From NCBI GenBank assembly GCA_951406725.2, contig OX597815.1, positions 104,408,001-104,472,000 on the forward strand: 64,000 nt of DNA, written 5' to 3'. Shown here piece after piece: positions 40,101 to 52,993 of the stretch. Every line of letters begins with the position of its first letter. The first letter of the stretch is position 1. The translations under genes and the position numbers were made by a program. Source of the stretch: Octopus vulgaris (lineage: Eukaryota). A model generated the notes under the pieces. The model searched no databases. It worked only from the letters and a program-made list of their open reading frames with translations, and was not told the origin of the DNA.

Positions 40101-41339
40101 TCAGGTCATTAAGAGTGAAATGTCTGATTATCTTATGTACCAAGTTTGACAGTCATTAACTCTAACATCTTATCCTGACAATTCTTTGTTTTTACAACAT
40201 TGAAAAGTTTCACCATCACTTTTTGAAATGCAATTCATGATGTCTGATTATATTGTGAATTTTCTCTTATAAATCAATTTTTGTGAATTCATGGATAGAT
40301 CAAAAATTCATATTGTATATGTATATGAATCCTGTCATGGAACCAATGCATCCCAAACAGCTCGAAACATCAATGAGGTGTTTGGTAAAGATGTGGCAAA
40401 CAAGCACACTGTACGTTGATGTTTTGAGAAGTTCCAGTCTGGTGACTTTACTCTTGAAAATCAGCCCCATGGTAGACCTGAGACCAAGGTGGATAATGAT
40501 GAGCTGGAAACTAATGGAAGTGGATACATCTCAAACTACGTGCGAGTTAGCAGCAAGGTTTGATGTTTCAATTCCAACTAAGGTAAAGAAGCTGGACAAG
40601 TGGGTACCACACAATCTGAACGAGCATCAAATTACACATTACCTTGAAACTTGCTGTTCTTTGCTATCACAGCATAAATGTGAACCATTTTTACATCGTA
40701 TTGTTGTGTAAAAAAATGTGTGGTGAAAAATGGATTCTTTTCAACAATAGCAAGCGTTCTGCATAGAGACGAAGTGCCAAAACACAATCCAAAAATGAAT
40801 ATTCACCAAAAAAAAGCTAATGGTGTTTGTTTGGTGGTCCAGCACTGGTGTCATCCACAACAGCTTCAAGAGACCTGGTAAGTCAATTACAGCAGATATA
40901 TACATCAGCTATTTGGATGAAATGATGAATGAACTTGCAATTAAACAACCGAGATTGGTCAATAGAGATAATTCTCTTGCATGACAATGCTTGACCTCAT
41001 GTGGCACAAAGAATTCTACTCAAGTTATAAGAACTGAACTAGGAAGTACTCTATTATCCTTTATATTCATTAAACCTTGCACCAACTATCATGTTTTCCA
41101 GGCATTAGACAATTTTTTTTGTAAGAAAAAAACTTCTAATCTGAAGAAGATACAAAAACAGCCCTTTGTGATTTTATCATGCCTTGATCTCCAGAATTAT
41201 TTGTTGTTGGCATAAATAAAATGGCAAAATTGTGTTGATAATTTAGGTGCATACTTTGATTAACTACATTGCTTTTTGTTGCGATAAAGTAAAATAAACT
41301 TTCAGTTCAAATTCGGACATTTCATTCTTATTGACCTGA
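40101..41339 (+). mobile_element. TIR-bounded mariner transposon (1239 bp) with decayed transposase
   Basis: Left TIR tcaggtcattaagagtgaaatgtctga matches the reverse complement of the right end (tcaggtcaataagaatgaaatgtccga), and TA flanks both sides. Transposase remnants include FEKFQSGDFTLEN..GRP, WVPH, EKW, HQKKLMV.VWW and LHDNA, interrupted by stops and frameshifts. Confidence 0.93.
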
Positions 41340-41590
41340 TATATATATATATAAGTTGAAAATGCACTATATATATCATCATCATCATCGTTTAACGTCC
41401 GCTTTCCATGCTAGCATGGGTTGGACGGTTCAACTGGGGTCTGGGGAGCCGGAAGGCTGCACCAGGCCAGTCAGATCTGGCAGTGTTTCTACAGCTGGAT
41501 GCCCTTCCTAACGCCAACCACTCCGAGAGTGTAGTGGGTGATTTTATGTGCCACCGACACAGGTGCCAGATATATATATTTATCTTTTTT

Positions 41591-41978
41591 TACCTTTACT
41601 TGTTTCAGTCATTTGACTGAAGCCATGCTGGAGCACTGCCTTTAGTTGAACAAATCGACCCCAGGACTTATTCTTTGTTAGCCTAGTACTTATTCTATCA
41701 GTCTCTTTTGCCAAACTGCTAAGTTACAGGGATGTAAACACACCAGCATCAGTTGTCAAGCGATGTTGGGGGGACAAACACAGACACACAAGCACACATA
41801 TACATACACATATACATATATACGACAAGCTTCTTCAGTTTCCGTCTACCAAATCCACTCACAAGGCTTTGGTCAGCCTGAGGCTATAGTAGAAGACACT
41901 TGCTCAAGGTGCCACACAGTGGGACTGAACCTGGAACCATGTGGCTGGTAAGCAAGCTACTTACCACACAGCCACTCC
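41591..41978 (-). mobile_element. SINE family A, full-length copy on minus strand
   Basis: Reverse complement of 42735-43159 (tttacttgtttcagtcatttgac ... cttaccacacagccactcc). Confidence 0.88.
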
Positions 41979-42390
41979 ATATATATAAGAAAAGGAATAA
42001 ATTATCTTATGAACTTAGCTTACAGCTGTTTCTACTATAAGATGTGGTGGACTCATAGATGCATGGCTGAGTAACAGCTTATAGCTTTATCAGACTCTCA
42101 AGCATTATATATATGTATTTAAAAATATAAAGTTAGGTGAGATAAATAAAATATATTTATTTATAAATGTATATATATTTATTTAACCACGTGACTCCCA
42201 TAGGATTATGACTGTTTCACAACCTTCTTCATATATTATTAATTTCTGTGTGGAAAACATTATACTTACATGTTTGCTTTACTATGTATGCTTGGCATTG
42301 TACAATACAATTGTATATTCACAAATTAATGCAAATAAAGAAAGATGAGGTTTCTGTGACAGCTGCACAATTCTCTGAATTCACATCTTT

Positions 42391-42438
<48 letters not shown>

Positions 42439-42504
42439 GGTCCCGGGTTGAGTCGGGGTTAACCACAGTAAATAAGGTACTCAATACATAGCAGAGTAAA
42501 TTAA

Positions 42505-42682
42505 TTTATTTTATAGAAGGAGCTTCTACAGGACTAGAACTGTTTCATTCAAATGAAATCATCCAAATGAAATCATCCAAATGAAATGTATAAATGCCAA
42601 AACTATTCTTGACACCAAGCTTCCTAATGATTTCATTTGAATGAAACAGTTCTAGTCCTGTAGAAGCTCCTTCTATAAAATA

Positions 42683-42684
<2 letters not shown>
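42505..42684. repeat. Perfect 58-bp inverted repeat whose arms are hammerhead-like pLTR fragments, embedded in (TA)n
   Basis: Arms at 42505-42562 and 42627-42684 are exact reverse complements. The right side reads AGCUUC-CUAAUGA-...-GAAAC-AG-uucuaguc-CU-GUA-GAAGCU. Confidence 0.85.
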
Positions 42685-42734
<50 letters not shown>

Positions 42735-42736
<2 letters not shown>

Positions 42737-43158
42737 CGCAGGAGTGGCTGTGTGGTAAGTAGCTTGCTAACCAGCCACATGATTCCGGGTTCAGTCCCAC
42801 TGCGTGGCATCTTGGGCAAGTATCTTCTGCTATAGCCCCAGGTCGACCAATGCCTTGTCAGTGGATTTGGTAGACGGAAACTGAAAGAAGCCTGTCGTAT
42901 ATATGTATATGTATATATGCGTGCTTGTGTGTATGTGTTTGTGTGTCTGTGTTTGTCTCCCTAGCATTGCTTGACAACCGATGCTGGTGTGTTTATGTCC
43001 CCATTACTTAGCGGTCCGGCAAAAAGAGACCGATAGAATAAGTACTGGGCTTACAAAAGAATAAGTCCCGGGGTCGAGTTGCTCGATTGAAGGTGGTGCT
43101 CCAGCATGGCCGCAGTCAAATGACTGAAACAAGTAAAAGAGTAAAAAAGAGTAAAAGA

Positions 43159-43159
<1 letters not shown>
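42735..43159 (+). mobile_element. tRNA-derived SINE family A, full-length with internal microsatellite
   Basis: Head GGCGCAGGAGTGGCTGTGTGGTAAG (A box) and GGTTCAGTCCC (B box), CORE-like CTTGGGCAAGT, internal (TA/TG)n, and tail ...GACTGAAACAA(GTAAAAGA)n. Confidence 0.9.
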
Positions 43160-43196
<37 letters not shown>

Positions 43197-43214
43197 TTTA
43201 TCTCTTTCTTTTTC

Positions 43215-43600
43215 TCTTGTTTCAGTCATTAGACTATGGCCATGCTGACGTACTACCTTGAAGAATTTTAGTCGAATGAATCAACCCCAGTACTTGTTAT
43301 TGTCTTGTAAAGCCTGGTTCTTATGCTATCGGTCTCTTTCATTGAACTGCTAAGTTACAGGGACTTAAACACATCAAATCCAGTTGTCAAGCAGTGGTGG
43401 GGGGCAAACACATGCACACAAAGACATGTACATATAAATATACATATATGTACACTGGGCTGCTTTCAGTTTCTGTCTACTAAATCCACTGATAAGGCTT
43501 TAGTCAGCCCGAGGCTTATAGTAGAAGAAACTTGCCATGCAGTGGGACTTGACCTAGAAGCATGTGGTTGGGAAGAAAACTTCTTACCACTTAACCATAT
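43215..43600 (-). mobile_element. SINE family A, diverged copy on minus strand
   Basis: cttgtttcagtcatt...gcagtgggactt...cttcttaccac; lies tail-to-tail with the 42735 copy. Confidence 0.8.
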
Positions 43601-43768
43601 GTGTGTGTGTAATGGAAGTCAGTTATTGTGATCACTTTCAAATATAGACCTTTTATGTAACAATTATCAGATGATAACTTTAAGCAGAGGATATAACAAT
43701 GTTTTACAGATGCTTGGTACCTGTCAGTTTTAAAAATCAGTTGATAACATTAAACACATGACTTAAAT

Positions 43769-44155
43769 TGGGAAGCACTCCGTCGGTTATGACGACGAGG
43801 GTTCCGGTTGATCCGAATCAATGGAACAGCCTGCTCATGAAATTAACGTGTAAGTGGCTGAGCACTCCACTGACACGTGTACCCTTAACGTAGTTCTCGG
43901 GGATATTCAGCATGACACAGAGAGTGACAAGGCCAGCCCTTTGAAATACAGGTACAACAGAAACAGGAAGTAAGAGTGAGAGAAAGTTATGGTGAAAAAG
44001 TACAGCAGGGATCACCACCATCCCCTGCCGGAGCCTCGTGGAGCTTTAGGTGTTTTCGCTCAATAAACACTCACAACGCCCGGTCTGGGAATCGAAGCCG
44101 CGATCTTATGACCGCGAGACCGCTGCCCTAACCACTGGACCATTGCGCCTCCATT
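43769..44155 (-). mobile_element. tRNA-derived SINE family B, young copy with target-site duplication
   Basis: Reverse-complement head TGGAGGCGCAATGGTCCAGTGGTTAGGGCAGCGGTCTCGCGG...TTCGATTCCCAGACC has A and B boxes and is CpG-rich. TSD catgacttaaat (43757-43768) versus cacgacttaaat (44156-44167). Confidence 0.88.
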
Positions 44156-44896
44156 CACGACTTAAATAAACAGCTTTCACAATGCATGTAAATATGTATA
44201 TTTACTTATATAGTGATTCCATTGACTATATTACTTTCTATTTTTAAGACATTGTGTGTCATTTGAGGAAAATTTAGAGTGACAATGTAGAGTCACTTTC
44301 AGAAATAGTGATTTCAAGTTGTTACTTGATTAACAAGCTATTATTGTTGTTGATTATGATGATGACAATGAGCAGGAGGAAGGTGGCAATAACTGCAATT
44401 GTGTCAATGTTAATGATGAAGAAGACAATGAAAATGGTGTGCTTAATTGTGGGTCTCAAGCTGTTCCTGTCATAACTATCCCATCTTTATAGAGTATAAT
44501 GTATTACACTATCCAAAGAGCCCCTTCCCTATTTCACATAGTTGGCTGTCAGTTCAGAGAGATTCTACAACTATTTCTACAACTATTTCTAGCAAGCTGA
44601 GTGGTGACATAGAAGGTCTCGTTGTTGATGTTGTGTTATTGACTGCTCTTCACTAATGATTTTCTATAAAACAGAAATGCTTATAGACAAGTCCACAGAG
44701 ATATCAATCTCGTAAATCCAATCATTAATGGAATTATTTATATAAGGCTTATTTATTGAGTTGATGCAAAGATAATCCAGGTACATTGGTATGTATGTGT
44801 GTGTATAAATGAATGTGTTTTGTGAATACTAGATCTATTGTGCATGCACAAACACACATGTATGTGTGAATGTGCGTATACATATATAATTATTTT

Positions 44897-45568
44897 ATCA
44901 TCATCATCATCATCCCCATCATCATCATCATATAACGTCCGTTTTCCATGCTGGCATGGGGTTGGATGGTTTGACTGGAGACTAGCAAGCCAGGAGGCCA
45001 CACCAGGCTCCAGTCTGATCTGGCAATGTTTCTACAGCTGGATGCCCTTCGTAACACCAACCACTCTGAGAGTGTAGTGGGTGCTTTTTACGTGCCACCG
45101 GCATGGGAGCCAGTCAGGTGGCACTGGCATCAGCCATGTTCAGATGGTGCTTTTTATTTGCCACTGGCACAGGAGCCAGTCTGGGCGGTGGGGCTGGCGT
45201 CAACCACATTTGGATGGTGCCTTTTTATGTGCCACCGGCACAGAGAGACAGTCAGGCGACTCTGGCAGCAACCCATACATGAATGAATGGTGCTTATCGT
45301 ACACCACCAGCACTAGTAATGGCCACGACTACAATTTCCATTTGATTGGGATCTGATTTGATTTTGATTTACTTAACTCAATAGGTCTCCTCAAGCATGG
45401 AATGTCATCTAGTGATTCAAAGATACTTTTTAAATGGGCTGGTTATGCCACACTGTTGTAGGCTATGGCTGTGATCTCACTTTTCTTGCTGGGTCTTCTC
45501 AATCACAGCATATCTCCAGAGGTCTCGGTCTTTCATCATTGCCTCTGTGAGGCCCAACATTCAAAGGT
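44897..45568 (-). mobile_element. 3' end of the same RTE LINE family
   Basis: Collinear with about 57041-57700: (CAT)n, ccatgctggcatggg, ctggatgcccttc, ggtgctttt..tgccac subrepeats and the ORF-end region. Confidence 0.88.
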
Positions 45569-45611
45569 CTATATAGATAATATAATTATACACACACACA
45601 TATTTACGCAT

Positions 45612-45644
<33 letters not shown>

Positions 45645-45670
45645 GTAATGTATAAATATATGTGTGTGTA

Positions 45671-45745
<75 letters not shown>

Positions 45746-45892
45746 ATCTTTATCAAAATTAGTGAGTCTTAAGCACATGCAATATATTGTTAATTTGTCT
45801 GCTTAATGTTATCATCTGATTATCATTATATAAAAGGACGTTTCAAAGTGATCATAAGTGTCTTCCACTATATGCATTACTATCTCTCTCTC

Positions 45893-45935
<43 letters not shown>

Positions 45936-46599
45936 CTCTCTCTTTATATATATGTATATATATATATATATATAGACATATATATATGGTGGCTGTCTGC
46001 TCCTTGCAGAGCTTGACCTCTTCATGTACCTATAATCCTTTTTACTAAAAGCACAAGGGAGAAGGGTTAAGTCGATTACATCAACCCCAGTACTCAACCA
46101 GTACTTAATTTATCAACCCAAAAAAGAAGAAATGCAAAGTTGACTTTGGCGGAATTTGAACTCAGAACATAAAGATGGACAAAATGCTGCTAAGCATTTT
46201 GCTTGATGTGCTACCAATTCTGCCAGCTCATCACCTTGTGCTTGCCTCTAGTTTGTATAATCACTCTTTCCTAGTGTGAGATCTTAAATGACTTTTGAGC
46301 TCTGAAAGATATTTTGAATAGCTGATCACATATATTGCAGCAATTTCTCATTTCAGCATTGGCTCTGTTTTCTGCTTGTTTTTTTTTTATGAATATTCAA
46401 GTACTGCTTCAATCTTGCATGTGACTTGCAGGTTTTTTTTTTGTTTTTTTTTTGACAGACACTGGATTTGGATTGAATCTGATCATTGGGAATGAAATTC
46501 CAGTAGTCCATGTATGCCTTACCCACATGGGAATGCTGGAGTAATCACATACCAGTGTGAGATATGCATACTTTTGTGTATAAAGAACATTTAAAGAAG

Positions 46600-47270
46600 G
46601 GATGAGAAATTCTTGCAATACTATTGATATCAATTTTCTTTTTACAAAATTTTCTTTTCATTTCAGCATACTTAACTCTGTTAAGCTCAAAATCTTTAAT
46701 GCCACTCCAAATCATAGCTCTCCCCACTTCAGTATCCATCACAAGTTTCAAGGCTTTCATAACATAATTTAAGGCATTTCAAACTCAATTTTGAAGAGTC
46801 TTTGTATCTTTTCTTTGGCTGACTATTTTTGCTCTTTCCCTGCATAAGTTCACCAAAAAGCATTTGTTTGGGAATGCGCTCATCATCCATATGGATGAGA
46901 TGATTTGTTCATTGTAGTTGATTCCTAATAAGCATAGCTTGGATTGACATGATTCTATCTTCAGCAAGAACCTCAATGTCAGGAATGAGTGAGGACCTGC
47001 TTATTTTGGGTATGTGGTGGAGACATTTCTAGTGAAATATTTTCAATATTTTTACTTGATGCATGTGTATTGTCTGAGTTTCAGAAGAATACAACAACGC
47101 AGAAAAAATAAATGAGATGTATACATGGTCTTAGTGTCAGCATTAATATGGCATTGTGACTAGACATTAGTTTCAAGGCTGTCAAAGGCTTTTGCTGCCC
47201 TTTGAATATGAGAAATGATTTTTGCATTTAGGTTTCCATCAACATGCCCAATGTTATCCAGATATTCAAA
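46600..47270 (-). mobile_element. Old RTE/BovB-like LINE fragment (RT C-terminal region)
   Basis: Minus-strand translation gives IQRAAKAFDSL...LLYSSET...FH*KCL...HLIHMDDERIPKQMLFGELMQGKR, with stops. Confidence 0.75.
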
Positions 47271-47279
47271 AGAAATGAA

Positions 47280-47315
<36 letters not shown>

Positions 47316-47346
47316 GGTAGAATTAATTAATTAATTAATTAATTAT

Positions 47347-47391
<45 letters not shown>

Positions 47392-48533
47392 TGAAGCAGA
47401 TTTTCTACAGCTGGATGTCCTTCCAATAACTAACTTAATCTGGTTTCAAGTGAGGCAACGTTTACCTGTTTCCAATCTTCTGTTCTCTCATGGAAGATTG
47501 GGAATGAAGGACACTGCTTGCATGACTAAGATATTTGACATTTGTTTATGACTATTATGTGATGTCAAGGCAAGGAGACAGTAACAGACACACAAACATA
47601 AACATATTTACACACACACACACTATACACATAATATATGTATATATAAAACATTTTCATAAGATATATATTATATAAATAAGAATAGTCTATCTATCTG
47701 GCACTCACTACACTCTTGGAATGATTGGCATTAGGAAGGGCATCCGACAATACAGACCAAGCCAAAATCAGACCGGAGCTTGGTTCATGATGCTGATATC
47801 ATATTACTTCAGGTGTGGTTATGCCACATGGAGTTTGCTTCCCAACCACATGGTTCTGGCCCTACTGCACAGCAGCATGGGCAAGTGTTTTGTACTTTAG
47901 CCTCAGGCTGACTGAAGTCTTGTGTGTTGATTGGTAGATGAAAACTGAAAGAAGCCTATTGTGTGTGCGTGTGTGTGTGTGTGTGTGTGCGCGCGCGCGT
48001 GTGTGTGTGCGCGCGTGCGTGTGTGTGTGTATGTGTGTGTGTATATATGTGTGCATGTGTTTGTTTCTGTGTTTGTCCCTAGCCACCATTTGACTACTAG
48101 TGTTGGTGTGTTTACACCCCCATAACTTAGTAGTTTGGCAAAACAGACTGATAGAATAAACACCAAGCTTTAAAAATGATAAATACTGGGGTTGATTTAT
48201 TCTACTAAAAATTTCAAGCCAGTGCTCCAACATGACCACAGTCTAATGACTGAAACAAGTAAAAGAAGAAAGAAGGTATATATTATGTTATTTTATATTA
48301 CATAAATATAATGTAATATAGGATTCTGACAGACTCAGTATTTCCAGCTAATGAAGCAGAGTCTATGATCTGAGAATGTCATTTACAGCCAAATTATGTG
48401 CTTTCATACATTGTCTATGGCGATAATTATCACCTGAGACTATTTTCATTATGAAAGGCCTTTCCATGTCCACTTATTCACTCATATTTCATTCACCTCT
48501 ACTTTGTGTGTCTCCAATTTATAATACATTTCC

Positions 48534-48582
<49 letters not shown>

Positions 48583-48600
48583 CATACATATATATGTATG

Positions 48601-48631
<31 letters not shown>

Positions 48632-48644
48632 ATACACATATACT

Positions 48645-48686
<42 letters not shown>

Positions 48687-50212
48687 AGTATATACATATA
48701 TATATATATATATATACACATGCACATATATTGAATAATAAAACATGCACAGTGTACACATACATACACACATGCACATGCTCACAGACACATATACATG
48801 ACTCTTTTTTCTTCATATAATCATTCATATCCCAATTAATATAATTATATAATCTGAATACTAGGAGAGAGACAGATCTGGAGTAAAGCAGCTATCTTAT
48901 TGATGAAGCCACAAATGATAACAAAATGACTATGATGAATCTAACAGATTGATTGACCAAACAATTAATCAAAAAATCGATTAGACAATTGTTTAAAAGG
49001 TTTACTAATTGTCTAATAACAACAAAAGAAAAGAAATAGACCAGGTGCAGATGTTTCTTATTGGCATAATGACCCTGCCAAGATACAACAAAGACTTTTA
49101 AAATTTTCATTTGATATTTTCTGCTGCACTTGTTTCTGATGTGGTCTTAGTTAGTTCATATTCTTCATTGACATTAATATTAGTAAAGATAACAGAGAAA
49201 GAAAGTAAAATACAGAAAAACAGTTGTTTAAAAGCAAAATACAGACATTTGTAAGATAAATGATACATTCAAACCCATAACACTCAACTACTGTAACAAC
49301 ATAATGTGAATACTCAGTTCTGTATTCATCTATTTTAACTAGTTTGATTCACTGGACTTCTTCACCTCTGTAACAGCACAACCCTCAAGGGTTTTAGTTA
49401 ATAAAATTGGCTCCAGAACTTATTTCAATCAGTATTTTTTATCAAATAGCTAAGTTAACATTTTTGACCTACCAAACCCCAATTCCTGATGCTAGTTTAC
49501 ACACATGCATATATATACATATATAATCACACACACATTCTGCCTATCAAATTCCTTCTCAAGGTATTAGTCAACCAGGGCTTGCAACATTTGTTCAAGA
49601 GCCCAAGCAATAGGAGCAAGCTTGAAACAACATGGTTATGAAATGATTTCATAAGTACAGATCTATGCTTGTACCTTTGAAGAGGGAGATATGGCTGATA
49701 TCTTAAACAGGCTGAGTGATTGCTGAGAGGTTCCCTTGTTGAATTGTGATGCTTTAGTAGTTTAATGAGGTGAGTAAGGAGTAAGTAAAAACATTTATAG
49801 AGACTTGGGTATTTGATAATTATTTTCCTTTATCTATCTTGGTGGATTGAAGCATAAAGTCAATCTCAGTGAGATTTTAACTCAAACTCATTATTACATA
49901 TCATACATGATAAAAGTATTAGGTTGTTGGTGATAGCATTGAGTAAGAAATGAATGTTTGAGAGAAAGATCAACAAAGGAGCCTCTAAATTGTTAGAGTT
50001 GAGTTATTGGTCAATAACCTCTCTCTCTCTCAGATCACACCATGTTATCTTTAAATAGAAAGGACATGTTGGATAATATAGTTGTTAGATACAATAAGTT
50101 TGGGTACAAGATGGGAGAACCACAGCTGGAATGCTTTTAGTCAGAGTTTTCCTCAATCAAAATCTAGGTTTACGCACACACACAGACACACACACACATA
50201 CACACACACACA

Positions 50213-50265
<53 letters not shown>

Positions 50266-50364
50266 GCATATGCACATATAGTAAGTAATTATTACATCAA
50301 TTTAAGAACATACATTTTGTTGTCTTTGGAAATAAGACATTTCGTAAATTAAAATTTACCTGAC

Positions 50365-50514
50365 CTGCAATTCTTCAATGGACACCCAACAATCTTTGGG
50401 GAAATCTTGCAACATGGGCACGAGGAACTGCAGGCAACCGTTCCAGTGACCAAGCAGGAACATCAGGCATATCAAGTTAAATATTCGCATAAACTTGCCA
50501 GCCAGCGCTAAGAA
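50365..50514 (-). CDS. HCN: HCN channel coding exon (S4-S5 linker end, S5, S5-pore loop); most 5' exon found in the window
   Basis: Manual translation gives [50 protein letters not shown] (150 nt, phase 0/0), matching the HCN S5 motif RIFNL...[13 protein letters not shown]. Acceptor is tttcag, donor CAG|GTCAGG. Confidence 0.95.
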
Positions 50515-52120
50515 CTGAAATTAAAAAAGAAATAAATTATTTTTCAGCAGTGATTTTTTTGTCAACTGTCTCTAAAAATAAAGAAGATAAATAAATGCTA
50601 AAAAAAAATAACAAAGATCTGCCAAAATAACACTATAATAGCAAAATAGGAGAGAACAAACCATTATATTCTAAGACATGCTGGAATAAGAAAATAAACA
50701 GGCTATTCATGCAGTTTGGTAATTGACTATATTATAGGTTATTTATGGAAAGTGTGTCTATGTACGTGTTTGTGTGTATGTATATGTATGATATCCATCT
50801 TATCAAGTCATATATTCAGAGAATGCTCTACAACTGATTAGAAATGAGTAGGGTCCATGACAAATGCATTTATTAATCTTTTAGTAAACTTCTTTGACCT
50901 AGAAATGTTTCTGTGACTATTCTTCTCTTCCCTATCATCAATAATATTTGGCCATGAAGAGTGGAATACAAATGTATATTTTAACCAACTAAATCCTAAC
51001 TGATAAGATACCGAAATACCTTCACTTTGCTCTGCTGAGAGGTTAGACAACTTCAGATTCCTTATAATAGTTAATAATAGTGACTTGTCACACATGAGGG
51101 TATAAACATCTTGTTATCTTAATTTTGTTATCAAATTCCTGTAGTTAAGAAATAATCGACACATTAAGCTAAAAGTTTTTGATTCCAGTTATAAGATATG
51201 AATCTTGTTGACATATATATGATATCCTCTAGAGGATTTTGTAATAAGTTATTTAACATACTGGTCTTTGTCCGTGTAAGTCAAATACATGCCACTGGCC
51301 AGTTATTTCTCTTAGCTCATTTTGTTGAAATGCTAGGCCATTACTGTTTTCTGCTTTGTTTTGTATAAGCCTAAGTCCTTTGGCTAATGGAAATATGGTG
51401 GGACAATTGTCTTGCAGATGAAGTCTGTTGAGCCAGAGACATGTGTCCACAACTGTCCTCTCTCTAAAGCCTGTCCTTTTCCTTAATGACGTTAATTATG
51501 AGGGATTTTTAATCTTAAGATTATCTCCCCTTTTCAAGTGGCGCTGGTCATAATTGCCCTTTGGTAATTATGATACGTCCTCTAATGACAGAAATGATTT
51601 TTAAAAAATCAAAAAATTTTCCTGTAAGCATTTTAACATATTGGTATTTGTCTGTGGAATATGGTCAGTATAGATCTGAGAAGACCATAGTTTAAATGAG
51701 GACTCAATATGTAATTATGTAAAGTATATGATTTATTGTGATACCAAGAGGTGCTACATACACACACACACACACTTAAATGGATAAGTATACATGCATT
51801 AACACGTCTTTGGAAATATACATGCATCCATCTATATATGCATGTGCGTGTGTAAGATTTCACTCTTATAGTCATTTGAGTGATATGGAAGCCTCTAGTG
51901 AAAATTGCCGATTAATGAAATACCTCAAAATCAGAAGCCATATCACTTATAATTAAAAATTTATATATATATATAGCACATGTAGACTGATAGAAAGCAT
52001 AGCTTAATGCAAAGATCATAAACTATATATATGTACAAGTGTACTTGTGCATTCTATAAATGTGTGTGTATGTGTATGTGTGTTTGTGTGTGTGTGTCTT
52101 TGTGTGTATACGTATGTATG

Positions 52121-52154
<34 letters not shown>

Positions 52155-52947
52155 TGTATGTATGTATTAGTTTATATATTTGCATGAATAGATGTATATG
52201 AGAGAATATGTGAATTGATGTAGTTACAAAAGATAAAATGATATAAAACATATTTAAATGAATTTAGACTCAAAACTGGTGGTTTTGAAATGCATTTTCA
52301 AATGAAAACAAATATAAAGTTACATATTTCTATTCTTAACTGCACACACACACACATACACACACTTGCAAATGCACTCACACACTAACACACACACACA
52401 CACATACATGTATATGCATGTGTGTGTGTGCATGTGTATGCGCATGCGTATGTGTATATATATGTGTGTATGTGCGTGTATCTGTATGTGTAGACATACA
52501 TATACACCCAGATATATTCAAGCAGATACACACACATGCAAATATTTTGTTAATGCATTAATACAAAATACAAACTTGCTCAATACATCCTTTTGGTGGA
52601 AATGTGAATAATTTAAAATAACACTGGAACATTAATCTACTGACATGTTTCACATATCATACAATAAAGCTAAACTCAATCATCAGTCGAAAATCAGAAA
52701 TACACACGCACACATATACATATACACACAAAGTGTAACATTATCTATATCTATATGTATATGTGTTTGTGTGTGTGTGTGTGTGTGCGTGTGTGTGTTT
52801 GTATGTATATATATATGTGTGTATGTGTATATGTATAAATACACAATTACTCACATACATGTACTTATATACACCTGTTGTTCATACACCTGTCTTTGTC
52901 TTTTGTTTTACTATAAATTTCAACTATATACACACACACACACACAC

Positions 52948-52993
<46 letters not shown>

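Noticed and set aside
44075-44153. tRNA-like sequence on the minus strand
   Set aside because: It is the head of a SINE with body, tail and TSD, and I could not build a convincing acceptor stem; not called a tRNA gene.
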